A stretch of DNA of 64,000 bases from Myxococcales bacterium (GCA_043747615.1 JAYTOU010000042.1:1-64000); one strand, 5' to 3'; positions 7,695-18,897 are shown, counted from the stretch's first letter. A program made the numbers and translations. The notes: generated from the letters alone by a model not told the origin.

Positions 7695-10156
7695 GGCGAC
7701 TTCACCGGGCGCGGCGGGCGAGCCGCAACGATGATCAGCGCTTCGTCGTGAAGGGTCGCGCCGGCGAAGGTGCGCAGCGCTTCGAGCGCGGGAGGAACGG
7801 GCTTGGGAGCGCCCCGCCAGAGCGCGATCAACCGACCGCGTGGATCGAGCGACGTCCGAAGCTCTTCGCGTTTTCGAGCGGCGATCGCGCGCATGCGATC
7901 GTCCTCCGACAGAGCGCCCTGACGAACGCGATCAAAAAGAGCGCGGGCCTGAGCGACCGCGCCATCGAGCGCGCCTTGGTTCGATACGACCCGGACGACG
8001 AGGGCGCCGCCGCGTGCCGGACCAACCACCCGCGCGCTCCACGATCGAGCGAGCCCGGTCGCACCGAGCGCTTGAGCGAGAAGGCCGTCGTCGCCGTCGA
8101 GGATCGCCGCGAGCCACTCGCCGAGCGAGCGTGCGTAGTCGTCTCGTGGCGGAAGGGGAAGTGCGAGCCACGCTTCACTCGAGGAGGCGGCGTCGATCGT
8201 GTACGTACCCGGACGGGGCGGGGGGGGCGTGCTCGGCGAAGGGCAAGCCCGAGACTCTCCGGCGCGCCGCAGAACCCAGCGATCCACGGCGCGAACGGCG
8301 GCACTTCCCTGCGCCGCGTCGATGTTGGCGATCACGGCGAGACGGAGCGGGCCTGCTCGCAGCGCCGTGGCGCGCGCGATCATGGAGCCGTCGGAGGAGC
8401 GACCAAGTGCGTCGACGGTCCCCTGCGGCGTAAACCACGAGGGGTGCCCAGGGACGATGGCGTTGCCGAGGGTCGCGAGCGCGCGATCTTCGATCGACTC
8501 TCCGGCGCGCGCGAGGAGGGCCGCGCGCACATGGGCGATCGCCAGAAGGTCGAGCGGATCGGCAGCGAGCGCGCGCGCAGCGGAATCGGCGATGCGGCGC
8601 GCCTGGACGAGAGGTGGCTCGTTCGGACGGGCAGGCCCATGCGCGATCACTCCAATCCCGTCGATCGCCGCCCACCCCTCGGTTTGGAGAGGCAGGTCAC
8701 CCGCTTGGCCCGCCGCCGTCGCGCTCGCGAGGGCCATCGCCGCACCGAGACCGGCGTCGGCTTCGACCTCGGGAAGCGTTCCGCACGGCGAAGCAAGCAG
8801 CAGCCAGAGATCGCTCTGACCGGCTTCTACCTTCGTCTTTGCCTCTACCACCGGATCGCGAAACGCCTGGATGGCTCGCTCGATCTCGGGCTTGATCGAC
8901 GCGAGGGGCGAGGGTGCGGTCGATTTCTCGTGCGGCGGGGCATCGCGACGACCGGCGAAACCGATCGCCAACGACACGCGCGGCGGCTCATTCTTTTCTT
9001 CGCGATCCTTCACGAGCGCCCACCACGCGGCTCGCTCGGCTGCTACGCGCGGATCGCCCGCTCGCCGCGCCATCGTTCGTCCAAGCGTGTCGTCGGCCGC
9101 CGAGTCCATCATCTCGACGGACACTTCCTGGCGCGCGAGGGCGATGGCGGTGGCGATCCGCGTGGACGCATCCGCTCCGAGGTCGCTCGGCGCGAAGTCG
9201 AGAACGACCGCAAGGCATCCGCCGCGGGCATGGGCCGTAGCCGTGAGCTCGCCTATTTTTGCAGGCGCTTCGAGGGCCCTCAGGCGGGAGGCAAGCGGCC
9301 CGCGCGGATCGCCCAAGCGCCCTGCGGCACCTACGGCGCGTGAGGCCTGTGCTGAGTGAAAGGCGAGAGTGACGCGCGCGCCGCCTGGTTTGAGCTCTCC
9401 GCCAGCCTCGTAAATCGACGCTTGGGCATCGGCCTCGGGCCAGGGCTCTCCGACTGGTCCGCTCGGCGCCGCGGGCCACGTCCCAGCGCGGGCAACGGAG
9501 AGGGCAGCCTCGCTGGTGAACGGTGCTGTCCCAACAGCAGCGAGAGCGACGCGCCCCGTTCCATGCGCCGCGCGGCGCCACGTTTCCAGCTCGATGGCCG
9601 TCAGCTCCGGAGGGGTCTGGGCGTTGCGGATCAGACCGAACGGCTCACCGGTGCAGCGCGTGGCATCGAGGAGCGCCGGATCGGGCAGCGGTCGATGAGC
9701 GAGCGCGTCGAGCTTCTTTTTCACGTGCTCGAGCTCCGTTGCTGCAACGGGTGCGAGGAGCGCGTCCCGCAGGGCCTCGATGAGCGCCGCCGAGGTCGCC
9801 TGCGGAGCAACGAGCGCGCGGACCCGGTAGCCGTCCCACGCCGGAATGACATCGACGTCACGCACGCCCCGCGCGGCAAGCCGCCCCTCCGTAAGCGCCG
9901 CGAGGGCGACGGCCACGGACGCGCCGCGCTCGAGAGCGATTCCCCCCGTCATCACCGTGAGGCCGAGAGCTCCATTCGGATCTCCCTCGCGGGTGATGAT
10001 CGCGAGCGCCGGACGATCCTTCCAGAGGCGTATGTCGGCGCCGCTGACCGCTTCGCTCGGCGCACGGCTTTGCGCAGGCGCTCCGCACCCCGTCATCGCC
10101 TCCGTCATCGTCCCCGTCAGAAGGAGGACCGCAACGAGCGTCGTCTTGCGGTTCAT
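7691..10156 (-). CDS. Probable lipoprotein resembling a fused, catalytically inactive M16 peptidase
   Basis: Start MNRKTTLVAVLLL...AMTGC at 10156 (ATGA overlap). Two M16-like N-domain patterns; no HXXEH seen. Confidence 0.6.
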   Translation of the reverse strand: MNRKTTLVAVLLLTGTMTEAMTGCGAPAQSRAPSEAVSGADIRLWKDRPALAIITREGDPNGALGLTVMTGGIALERGASVAVALAALTEGRLAARGVRDVDVIPAWDGYRVRALVAPQATSAALIEALRDALLAPVAATELEHVKKKLDALAHRPLPDPALLDATRCTGEPFGLIRNAQTPPELTAIELETWRRAAHGTGRVALAAVGTAPFTSEAALSVARAGTWPAAPSGPVGEPWPEADAQASIYEAGGELKPGGARVTLAFHSAQASRAVGAAGRLGDPRGPLASRLRALEAPAKIGELTATAHARGGCLAVVLDFAPSDLGADASTRIATAIALARQEVSVEMMDSAADDTLGRTMARRAGDPRVAAERAAWWALVKDREEKNEPPRVSLAIGFAGRRDAPPHEKSTAPSPLASIKPEIERAIQAFRDPVVEAKTKVEAGQSDLWLLLASPCGTLPEVEADAGLGAAMALASATAAGQAGDLPLQTEGWAAIDGIGVIAHGPARPNEPPLVQARRIADSAARALAADPLDLLAIAHVRAALLARAGESIEDRALATLGNAIVPGHPSWFTPQGTVDALGRSSDGSMIARATALRAGPLRLAVIANIDAAQGSAAVRAVDRWVLRRAGESRACPSPSTPPPPRPGTYTIDAASSSEAWLALPLPPRDDYARSLGEWLAAILDGDDGLLAQALGATGLARSWSARVVGPARGGALVVRVVSNQGALDGAVAQARALFDRVRQGALSEDDRMRAIAARKREELRTSLDPRGRLIALWRGAPKPVPPALEALRTFAGATLHDEALIIVAARPPRPVKSP

Positions 10157-10920
10157 CTCATCAGATCGGCGTCCGACCTCGGACAGAGGTGGAGCTCGAA
10201 GAAGTAGGTCACGATGCCGGTGATCGACTGGAACGTGTCGCCCTTTTTGATGCTGTCGCCCTTGATGTCGTAGAGCTCGTTCTCGAGGACCGCTCCGCTC
10301 CTGCTGGCCGTGAGGTTCCAGGCAAAACGCCCCTTCTGGTCGTCCTGGAGGTCGCTGCCGATAGTGACGTTCTTCACCGTGACGAGCATGTTCTCCCACT
10401 GCCGGCCTTTGACCGGATCGTCGAGGTCGAGGACGTCGACCACCTTCGGCTGGGTGGCTGCAAATTCATAGCGGAACGATCCCATCGGTTTCGCGAGCTG
10501 GACGACCTTGCCGACGCTGAAGATTGCGGCCCCGATGTGATCGAGCTCCACGTACTGACCGGTGAGATCGACGACGTCGCCGGGCGAGAGGCGGAGGTTT
10601 GCGGGGATGAACGTGGGGCTGTAGAGGCTGATGCCCGAGTAAGGCTGCTGTGAGCCGACGTCCTGGACGTAGATCGTGCCGCGGCTCTTGCCGTCGCGCG
10701 TCTCGTCGAAGTTGTCCGTGAAGGTGTTCGCCGCGCACGTCACGGTGACCGTCTGGCCGTTCGCGCCCGCCTTCGGATCCGCGAAGTCGCGAATGCGTTT
10801 CCCTTGACCGCACGGGTTCGGCGTCACTGCCGAGTGAGGGTCGCCGTCTCGCGTGCCGCAAGACATGGACGACAGGACGAACGTCAATCCGACAAAGCCT
10901 AGAAGGATGCTCCGGGACAC
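10153..10920 (-). CDS. Lipoprotein with tandem OB-fold-like domains (resembling the N-terminus of extracellular nucleases), no nuclease domain
   Basis: Signal ending ...SSMSC; motifs IYVQD...YSGISLY, PGDVVDLTGQYVE, WENMLVTVKNVT, GDTFQSITGIVTYFF..PRS. Confidence 0.65.
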   Translation of the reverse strand: MSRSILLGFVGLTFVLSSMSCGTRDGDPHSAVTPNPCGQGKRIRDFADPKAGANGQTVTVTCAANTFTDNFDETRDGKSRGTIYVQDVGSQQPYSGISLYSPTFIPANLRLSPGDVVDLTGQYVELDHIGAAIFSVGKVVQLAKPMGSFRYEFAATQPKVVDVLDLDDPVKGRQWENMLVTVKNVTIGSDLQDDQKGRFAWNLTASRSGAVLENELYDIKGDSIKKGDTFQSITGIVTYFFELHLCPRSDADLMR

Positions 10921-10944
10921 CGCGTAGGCTTACACCACCGGATC

Positions 10945-11682
10945 TCAGGCGGCAATCGTACCGGTCGCGAGCACGGACTCGAGGCGGGACTGGATCTTGT
11001 GCTTTTTCGAGTAAACGGTCTTGACGCTGATGTTCATCTTGGCCGCGATCTCGGCCGGATCCATGCCCTCAGCAAAGTAGAGCGTCGCGAAGGCGCGGTC
11101 TTTTTCGCTGAAGCCGTCGAGCATCCGAGCGGCGAGGGCCGCACGCTCGTTGTTCGAAGCGTGATCGAAAGGATCCGGAAGATCGCACACGAGGTCCGCT
11201 GCCTCCGAGAGGGCGGCCTTGTTCGGCTCGCGACGACGGGCGCGGAGGTAGTCGTAAGCGCAGTTGATGGCCAGGAGCCCGACCCAGCTCGAGAAGCGGT
11301 TGCCGCGCGCGGGGTCGAAGCTGCGGAGCTTGTGCATGTTGTTCGTGAGGAGCGAGACGAAGAGCTGCGCGTAGACTTCGCAGACGTCGTCCTGCGAGAC
11401 GATCGACGAGAACCGGCGGGTGACCTTCATGATGCACCGGCTGATCAAACGCTCGTAGCGCGCCTGGAACTCGCGCCATGCAGACGGGCGATTCAAGAGC
11501 AGCTGCGAGATGAGCTTCATGTCGCTCTCGATCATCTCGTCCTGGCTGGTCGGAACGAGCGCGAGCTCCTGACGACCGACGAAGAAAACGCCACTCTCGT
11601 CCGGCTTCCGCCTAGGGGCGACCTCCGTCACGGAGTGGCTGGATGCAAAGTGGCTCGTCATGGGCATACTTAGGGCGTTCAT
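10945..11682 (-). CDS. ECF-type RNA polymerase sigma factor
   Basis: Region 2 (FDPARGNRFSSWVGLLAINCAYDYLR) and region 4 HTH (EIAAKMNISVKTVYSKKHK); GAGGAG RBS 9 nt before ATG 11682. Confidence 0.92.
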   Translation of the reverse strand: MNALSMPMTSHFASSHSVTEVAPRRKPDESGVFFVGRQELALVPTSQDEMIESDMKLISQLLLNRPSAWREFQARYERLISRCIMKVTRRFSSIVSQDDVCEVYAQLFVSLLTNNMHKLRSFDPARGNRFSSWVGLLAINCAYDYLRARRREPNKAALSEAADLVCDLPDPFDHASNNERAALAARMLDGFSEKDRAFATLYFAEGMDPAEIAAKMNISVKTVYSKKHKIQSRLESVLATGTIAA

Positions 11683-11754
11683 CTCGGAGGTCTCCTCGGC
11701 GCATCGCGCCGTCACGAAAAAGGGCGTCGGCCGTTGCCGCGCGATAGGCCCCAG

Positions 11755-11771
11755 AGCACCCGGCGTGCCAA
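11755..11771 (-). promoter_or_regulatory. Sigma54 -24/-12 promoter of the ECF sigma gene
   Basis: Minus strand TTGGCACG-CCGG-GTGCT matches TGGCACG-N4-TTGCW with correct GG/GC spacing. Confidence 0.8.
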
Positions 11772-11853
11772 CCCGAAAGCGGGACGGGAAATGGAGCGAG
11801 GGCGGGGAAGATTCCTCAAAATCCTCGCGTATCCTGCAACTGGAGCCCGCTCA

Positions 11854-11957
11854 GCGTGTTACGCAGCGAGCCGGCGAGCGTAACTTCGAGCGTAACATTC
11901 CAGGTTGGTTACAGCCGATCGTTACGATCCGCCGGAATGTTACGGCATGTGTTACGC
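11854..11957. repeat. Symmetric array of seven GTTAC/GTAAC motifs (putative enhancer or structured RNA)
   Basis: GTTAC at 11858, 11908, 11921, 11939, 11951; GTAAC at 11880, 11892; 11-bp inverted repeat 11891-11901/11934-11944. Confidence 0.85.
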
Positions 11958-11982
11958 GGGGCCTCGGAGCCCCACACCAACG

Positions 11983-12396
11983 TCACGAAGTGATCTCGGT
12001 GCCCTTCGCGCGGACGAAGGCGGCGACCTTCCGCATGGGAACGCGCGCGGGGCAACGAGCCTCGAGCTCGGCGAGGCGCTGATCGGACACAACGGCGAAG
12101 GATTTCATGGCCGCATCGAAATCCGGCATGCTCCGCGAGCTGGCGAGCATGAGATCCATCGTTCCGCCGTAGGCGCCGCCCGACTTGCGGGCTCGGACCC
12201 CTTCGCCGATGTCGCAGAGGCCACAGGCAATGCAGCCACTCAAGGTGGGAAGCGTGCGGCGCTCGTCGGGAGCTACCGGAGGGAGGCGGTCTGCCTCGTA
12301 GCTCGCCCGGAAGGCCGCGATCCCGCGCCGAGGCCCGAGGATCACCCGCACGAGCGACCACGCCAAAATGAGCAGCGCGTAGAGTCTCTCGACCAT
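11983..12396 (-). CDS. Small membrane-anchored protein with a 4Fe-4S-type Cys motif
   Basis: N-terminal hydrophobic helix, CIACGLCD and a distal RCP; start MVERL at 12396. Confidence 0.65.
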   Translation of the reverse strand: MVERLYALLILAWSLVRVILGPRRGIAAFRASYEADRLPPVAPDERRTLPTLSGCIACGLCDIGEGVRARKSGGAYGGTMDLMLASSRSMPDFDAAMKSFAVVSDQRLAELEARCPARVPMRKVAAFVRAKGTEITS

Positions 12397-12454
12397 GGGA
12401 CGCGCGATCTTCGTCTGCCTTGGCGAAGGGCGCAAGGCGTTGTACGCCCTTCGG

Positions 12455-12916
12455 ATGAGAGCTCTCGGCCTCTGCCTTTCGCTCCTCTTTGCAGGCTGTG
12501 CGCACGAGCCGCACACGAAGGCCTTCTCGGCGCCCGCTGAAACGCATGCCACCGGCGCCGCTTCGGAGGACAACCTCGCCTTCGCCAAGACGGCGAACGA
12601 CGCCGAGCGGAAAGCTGGTCAGGTCGGGATGGCCACCTGGTACGGCGCCGCGTTTGCCGGCAAGAAGACCTCGAGCGGCGAGCGCTTCGACCCGAGCGCA
12701 ATGACCGCCGCGCACCGCAAGCTCCCGTTCGGAACCTGGGTGGAGGTTCGCCGCGTCGACACGGGAACGAGCGTGCGTGTGCGGGTCACCGACCGCGGTC
12801 CATGGGGTCACGCGGATCGCATCATCGACCTTTCGCGCGCGGCCGCGGAGCGGATCGGTCTGGTGAAGGAAGGGCTCGTGAAGGTCGAGCTCCGCGTCGT
12901 CTCCGGCCCCGAGTGA
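12455..12916 (+). CDS. rlpA: Septal ring lytic transglycosylase RlpA family lipoprotein
   Basis: Lipobox FAGC; GMATWYG, MTAAHRKLPFGT, DRGP...RIIDLS. Confidence 0.93.
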   Translation: MRALGLCLSLLFAGCAHEPHTKAFSAPAETHATGAASEDNLAFAKTANDAERKAGQVGMATWYGAAFAGKKTSSGERFDPSAMTAAHRKLPFGTWVEVRRVDTGTSVRVRVTDRGPWGHADRIIDLSRAAAERIGLVKEGLVKVELRVVSGPE

Positions 12917-12934
12917 GCGTTCGTCCCGCGCTTC

Positions 12935-13459
12935 TCAGAACACGCGAACGGAGGTGCGGAAGGTCGCTGCGTAGGCCACGTACAGCCGCCCCGCCTCACG
13001 GATCCACGCGAAATCTTTCTCCGTCAAGCTGCGCACCACTCTCGCGGGTCTTCCAAACGCAAGCGTGCGCGGAGGGATCATTGTGTTGGGTGACACGAGC
13101 GAGCCTGCTCCGAGAATGCACTCGTCGCCGACGCGTGCTCCGTCGAGGACGATGCTTCCCATGCCGATGAGGGTGCGGCTGCCCACCGTGCAGCCGTGAA
13201 GGAGCGCGAGGTGCCCGATGGTCACGTCGTCGCCGATGGTGGTCGCGGCTTTTTCGCCCGTCACGTGGACTACGGCGTTGTCCTGGATGTTCGTGCGCGC
13301 TCCGATGCGGATCGGAAAGACGTCTCCGCGAATGACCGCGCCGAACCAAACGCTCGACTCGTCGCCGAGGTGAACGTCTCCGATCACCGTTGCGTTCGGG
13401 GCGATGTAGACGTCGCGCCCGATAACGGGTCTAACCCCGAGATGCTCGTAGAGCGGCAT
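12935..13459 (-). CDS. Gamma carbonic anhydrase family protein
   Basis: Hexapeptide repeats; VIGDV, RGD, NIQD..VH, IGH..LHGC. Confidence 0.92.
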   Translation of the reverse strand: MPLYEHLGVRPVIGRDVYIAPNATVIGDVHLGDESSVWFGAVIRGDVFPIRIGARTNIQDNAVVHVTGEKAATTIGDDVTIGHLALLHGCTVGSRTLIGMGSIVLDGARVGDECILGAGSLVSPNTMIPPRTLAFGRPARVVRSLTEKDFAWIREAGRLYVAYAATFRTSVRVF

Positions 13460-13466
13460 AACGCCG

Positions 13467-14906
13467 TCACCTACCGGCCTGCATGAGCGGCAAGCTCCGG
13501 ACGCCGCCGCGAGCTCGTTCGCGCGGTAAGAGGCTCTTCAGCGCGTTCGCGGTCGGCGTACCGGCGAGGGAGTGCTTGTGCGCGCGCACGATCTCTACTT
13601 CGACGATCTGCCCGACGGTCTCCAGCTCCGCCGCTCCTTCGATGTGCACGATCTCGTTTCGCTCGGTACGGCCCGAGACACCGCCCGGCATGTTGCTCTT
13701 TTTGCTCGCCCCTTCGACGAGCACCCTCTGCGTCGAGCCCACCAGCCGCGCAAGGTGCGCCTGGCCTTGGGCTTCGATGAGCGCGAACACCCGGGCGAGA
13801 CGTTCGCTCTTCACGGCTTCGGGCACGTCGTCGGCGAGCTTGAGCGCCGGCGTGTGCGGGCGCGGCGAGAACTTGAAACCGAAGACCTGGATGAAGCCGA
13901 CCTCGGCGAGCATGCTCAACGTGGCTTCGAAATCCTCGTCTGTCTCGCCAGGGAAGCCGACGATGATGTCCGTGGAGATCGTCATGTCGGGACGAGCGGA
14001 CAGCAGGCGGCGCGCGCGTTCGATGTATTCTGCACGGGTATAGCGGCGGATCATTCTTCGCAACATGCGGTCGCTTCCCGACTGCGAAGGGAGGTGCACG
14101 TGGCGGGCGAGGACGTCGAGCTCGGCGTGGGCGAGGGCGAGGGACGGCGTCGCGTGGCGGGGATGATGGCTCGTGTAACGCAGGCGGGCGAGGCGCGGCA
14201 CTTGCGCAGCAATCAGGCGCAAAAGCCCCGGAAATTGGCTCTCGTCAGGATCGTCCGAGGCGGGCGGAGGAAGCGCGGGATCGCGGAAGCTGTCCACGGT
14301 CTGTCCGAGGAGGACGACCTCGCGCACACCAGCGTCGACCCACTTGGCGACTTCGGCCACCACCTCTCGCGCTGGACGATAGCGCTCCGGGCCGCGCGTG
14401 TACGGCACCACGCAGAACGAACAGCGCTCGTCGCAACCCTTCATGGTGGTGACGAAGGCGCTGACGCTCTTTCTCGACGGATCAGGCGCCGCAGCGAGGA
14501 ACTTCGGCTCGTCGATGTCGAAGACCGTGCGGGCGAGTGGCGGCGTTCCCGCGCGCTGGCCCTCGACGAGGGCCGGAAGCTCCGCGATGTTGTCGGGGCC
14601 GATCACGATGTCGACGTGGCGGATCCGCTCGAGGATGCGTTCGCCCTCTTGCTGCGCCACGCAACCCGCGACGCAGATCACCAGATCGGGCCGGGCCAGC
14701 TTCAACGGCGCGAGCTTGCCCACTTCACTCCGCAGCTTGTGCTCGGCTTTTTCGCGCACGCTGCAGGTGTTGAAGACGACGAGATCCGCTTCTTCAGCGG
14801 TCGAACATGCCGTCCAGCCGAACGCACGCAGCACCTCCTCCATGCGGTCGGAGTCGTGCACGTTCATCTGGCAGCCAAAGGTGACGACGTGGAACCGGCC
14901 AGACAT
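13467..14906 (-). CDS. miaB: tRNA-2-methylthio-N6-dimethylallyladenosine synthase
   Basis: TFGCQMNVHDS, NTCSVREKAE, radical SAM GCDERCSFCVVP, C-terminal TRAM domain. Confidence 0.96.
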   Translation of the reverse strand: MSGRFHVVTFGCQMNVHDSDRMEEVLRAFGWTACSTAEEADLVVFNTCSVREKAEHKLRSEVGKLAPLKLARPDLVICVAGCVAQQEGERILERIRHVDIVIGPDNIAELPALVEGQRAGTPPLARTVFDIDEPKFLAAAPDPSRKSVSAFVTTMKGCDERCSFCVVPYTRGPERYRPAREVVAEVAKWVDAGVREVVLLGQTVDSFRDPALPPPASDDPDESQFPGLLRLIAAQVPRLARLRYTSHHPRHATPSLALAHAELDVLARHVHLPSQSGSDRMLRRMIRRYTRAEYIERARRLLSARPDMTISTDIIVGFPGETDEDFEATLSMLAEVGFIQVFGFKFSPRPHTPALKLADDVPEAVKSERLARVFALIEAQGQAHLARLVGSTQRVLVEGASKKSNMPGGVSGRTERNEIVHIEGAAELETVGQIVEVEIVRAHKHSLAGTPTANALKSLLPRERARGGVRSLPLMQAGR

Positions 14907-14967
14907 TTGAGGCAGGAATTAGCATGTTTCAATCCGAGTACCTAAGGGCTAATCTGCGTTGAAAATC

Positions 14968-16845
<1,878 letters not shown>

Positions 16846-16860
16846 CAAAGCCGGTCGTCG

Positions 16861-17694
16861 ATGTTTCCTGCGTTTCGGCAATTCCTGTCGACCCCGCTCG
16901 TCGTGCTGTCGGGCGGCGCCGTCACGCCTGCGTCACTGATCATTGGCACGACGCTGCTGGTCGGATCGATCGTCGTTGCGCGCATCGTCGGAGCGTCGGT
17001 GCGGAGGCTGCTCGCGGCGCGCGGTCAGCCCGTGGGGGCACAGTTCGCGGTCGCCAAGATCGTCAGGTACGCCATCATCGGCGTCGGCACGCTCACCTCG
17101 ATCAGCTCGACGGGCATCCAGCTCGACGCCGTCCTCGCGGCCTCCGCCGTGCTCCTCGTGGGGATCGGCTTTGGTCTGCAGAGCATCGCCCAGAACTTCA
17201 TCTCCGGCATCATCCTGCTCATCGAGCAACCCGTGCGAAAAGGGGACTTCGTCAAGGTTGGCGACGCCCTCGGCGTGGTCGACGACATCGGCCTCCGCGC
17301 GACGACCATCATCACCCGCGACGAGGTGACGATCATCGTTCCGAACAGCGGCCTCATCACGTCTCCCGTCGTGAACCACTCGCAGCCCACGCACGAGCTC
17401 CGCATCCACGTCGAGGTCGGTGTCGCCTATGGGAGCGATCCGAAGCACGTGCGTGAGGTGCTCCTCGCCGTCGCCGCCGCAGACCCTCAGGTCATGAGGG
17501 ATCGCGTGCCCGAAGTACGCCTCGAAGGCTTCGGGGAGTCGACCTTGAACTTTTCGCTCCTCGCTTGGATTTCACATCCCAAGGAGGATCTGCGCGTGGC
17601 CTCGGGGATCCGTTTTGCGATCGTCGCCGCGTTCGAGAAGGAAAAAATCGTCATTCCGGCTCCCCAGCGCGAAGTCCGCCTCAAGGCGAGCTGA
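16861..17694 (+). CDS. mscS: Small-conductance mechanosensitive channel
   Basis: GIGFGLQSIAQNFISG, GD.V.VG, IGLRAT, IVPNS, VGVAYGSD. Confidence 0.92.
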   Translation: MFPAFRQFLSTPLVVLSGGAVTPASLIIGTTLLVGSIVVARIVGASVRRLLAARGQPVGAQFAVAKIVRYAIIGVGTLTSISSTGIQLDAVLAASAVLLVGIGFGLQSIAQNFISGIILLIEQPVRKGDFVKVGDALGVVDDIGLRATTIITRDEVTIIVPNSGLITSPVVNHSQPTHELRIHVEVGVAYGSDPKHVREVLLAVAAADPQVMRDRVPEVRLEGFGESTLNFSLLAWISHPKEDLRVASGIRFAIVAAFEKEKIVIPAPQREVRLKAS

Positions 17695-18841
17695 GGTTGC
17701 GCGCGACGTCGACGAGAAAGGCGCGCGCGCGACGTCGCAGGAACGCGAGGAGCATGAAGCCGACGGTGAGCGCGGGGCTCCCAGCATCGACGCTGCGCTT
17801 CGTCGTGGGCGTCACGCTGCAGCCGCCATGAGAGGTGACGGGCTCGCGTCCGGCGTCGCTCGCGGCGTCGATGCCAGAATCGACGATGGGGGCTGTTTTC
17901 CCTACGCAAGCGCCCGTTCGACAGACTCCGACAGTGCAGTCGCCATCGGCGCGGCAGCGGTCCGGCCCGCTCGCGCAGCCGTCGTTCGAGATGCACTGAC
18001 GATCGCCCGAGGTGGTCGTCGCGGCGCAGTGAAATCCGTTCCCGCACTCCGCGTCGATCGCGCACCCGCGCCCGCAAACCCGACCAGCCGCTTCCCCGGT
18101 GCCGATGTCGATGCAGCGCGCGTCGTCGCCCGCACCTGCGCACGCGCCCGTCTCGCGCACGCATGGGGAGCAGACCTCTCCCTGCGCGCCCGTGCGCTCG
18201 CACACTCCGGCCACGCAGACGAACCCCCCGGGACACGTTGCGCCCACGTCGCATCCCGCCTGGCCCGTTCCAGGGTAGAGCGCGCACACGCCGTCCTTGT
18301 CGTCTTGCTCGAGCGAGCGCCACGAAATTCCCCCTGGGTAGGCGGCGCTCATCGTGGCGCTCGGATCGGTCGAGTGGCCGAGTCCGAGGGCGTGACCGAG
18401 CTCGTGGGTGAGGATCGAGCGCGCATCGTTCGTGCCGTTTGCGCCGTCGAGCGACCACTTGAAATCGACGCCGTTCAGATGGATGTCGGTGTCGACGACC
18501 CCTCCGCTCGCATCCGTGGAGACCACCGTCTGCGCTGCGGCGCCTCGGACGAGCGCAGCAGGCCACACGTCGTCGTGCCAGATGATCGCGTTCACTCCGT
18601 CGTTCGCTCCTGTGACAGCGGCCCTGCCGGCGACGACTCCGCGCCATGCCGTGCAGCCAACGCGTCCCCACGATCGTAACGCCAGGTCGAGCTCCGCCAG
18701 CGCTTCACCGTTGAGGTCGCGCGGCTCGGGGAGAGCGAGGGTGAAGGCGATCGGAAGCTTGGCAGAGGGCCACGTCGCGGGGGGCGTCGCTGGCGTCCAG
18801 AAGCCAACGAGGAGGGCGACGGGGAGTGCGAAAAGCGCCAC
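17681..18841 (-). CDS. Matrixin (M10) metalloprotease with Cys-rich repeats and a MYXO-CTERM-like tail
   Basis: HELGHALGLGH plus Met-turn ATM; Cys-rich region; GGC-TM-RRR tail. Start position approximate. Confidence 0.85.
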   Translation of the reverse strand: MALFALPVALLVGFWTPATPPATWPSAKLPIAFTLALPEPRDLNGEALAELDLALRSWGRVGCTAWRGVVAGRAAVTGANDGVNAIIWHDDVWPAALVRGAAAQTVVSTDASGGVVDTDIHLNGVDFKWSLDGANGTNDARSILTHELGHALGLGHSTDPSATMSAAYPGGISWRSLEQDDKDGVCALYPGTGQAGCDVGATCPGGFVCVAGVCERTGAQGEVCSPCVRETGACAGAGDDARCIDIGTGEAAGRVCGRGCAIDAECGNGFHCAATTTSGDRQCISNDGCASGPDRCRADGDCTVGVCRTGACVGKTAPIVDSGIDAASDAGREPVTSHGGCSVTPTTKRSVDAGSPALTVGFMLLAFLRRRARAFLVDVARNLSSP

Positions 18842-18897
18842 CGCTTGAGTCTACCCCGTTTGACTCGCCTGCGCGTGCGGGTAGGGTTCTAGACTCC

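Noticed and set aside
11854..11957. GTTAC array as a CRISPR array
   Set aside because: Units are 5-10 bp in mixed orientation with short gaps, and no cas genes are present.
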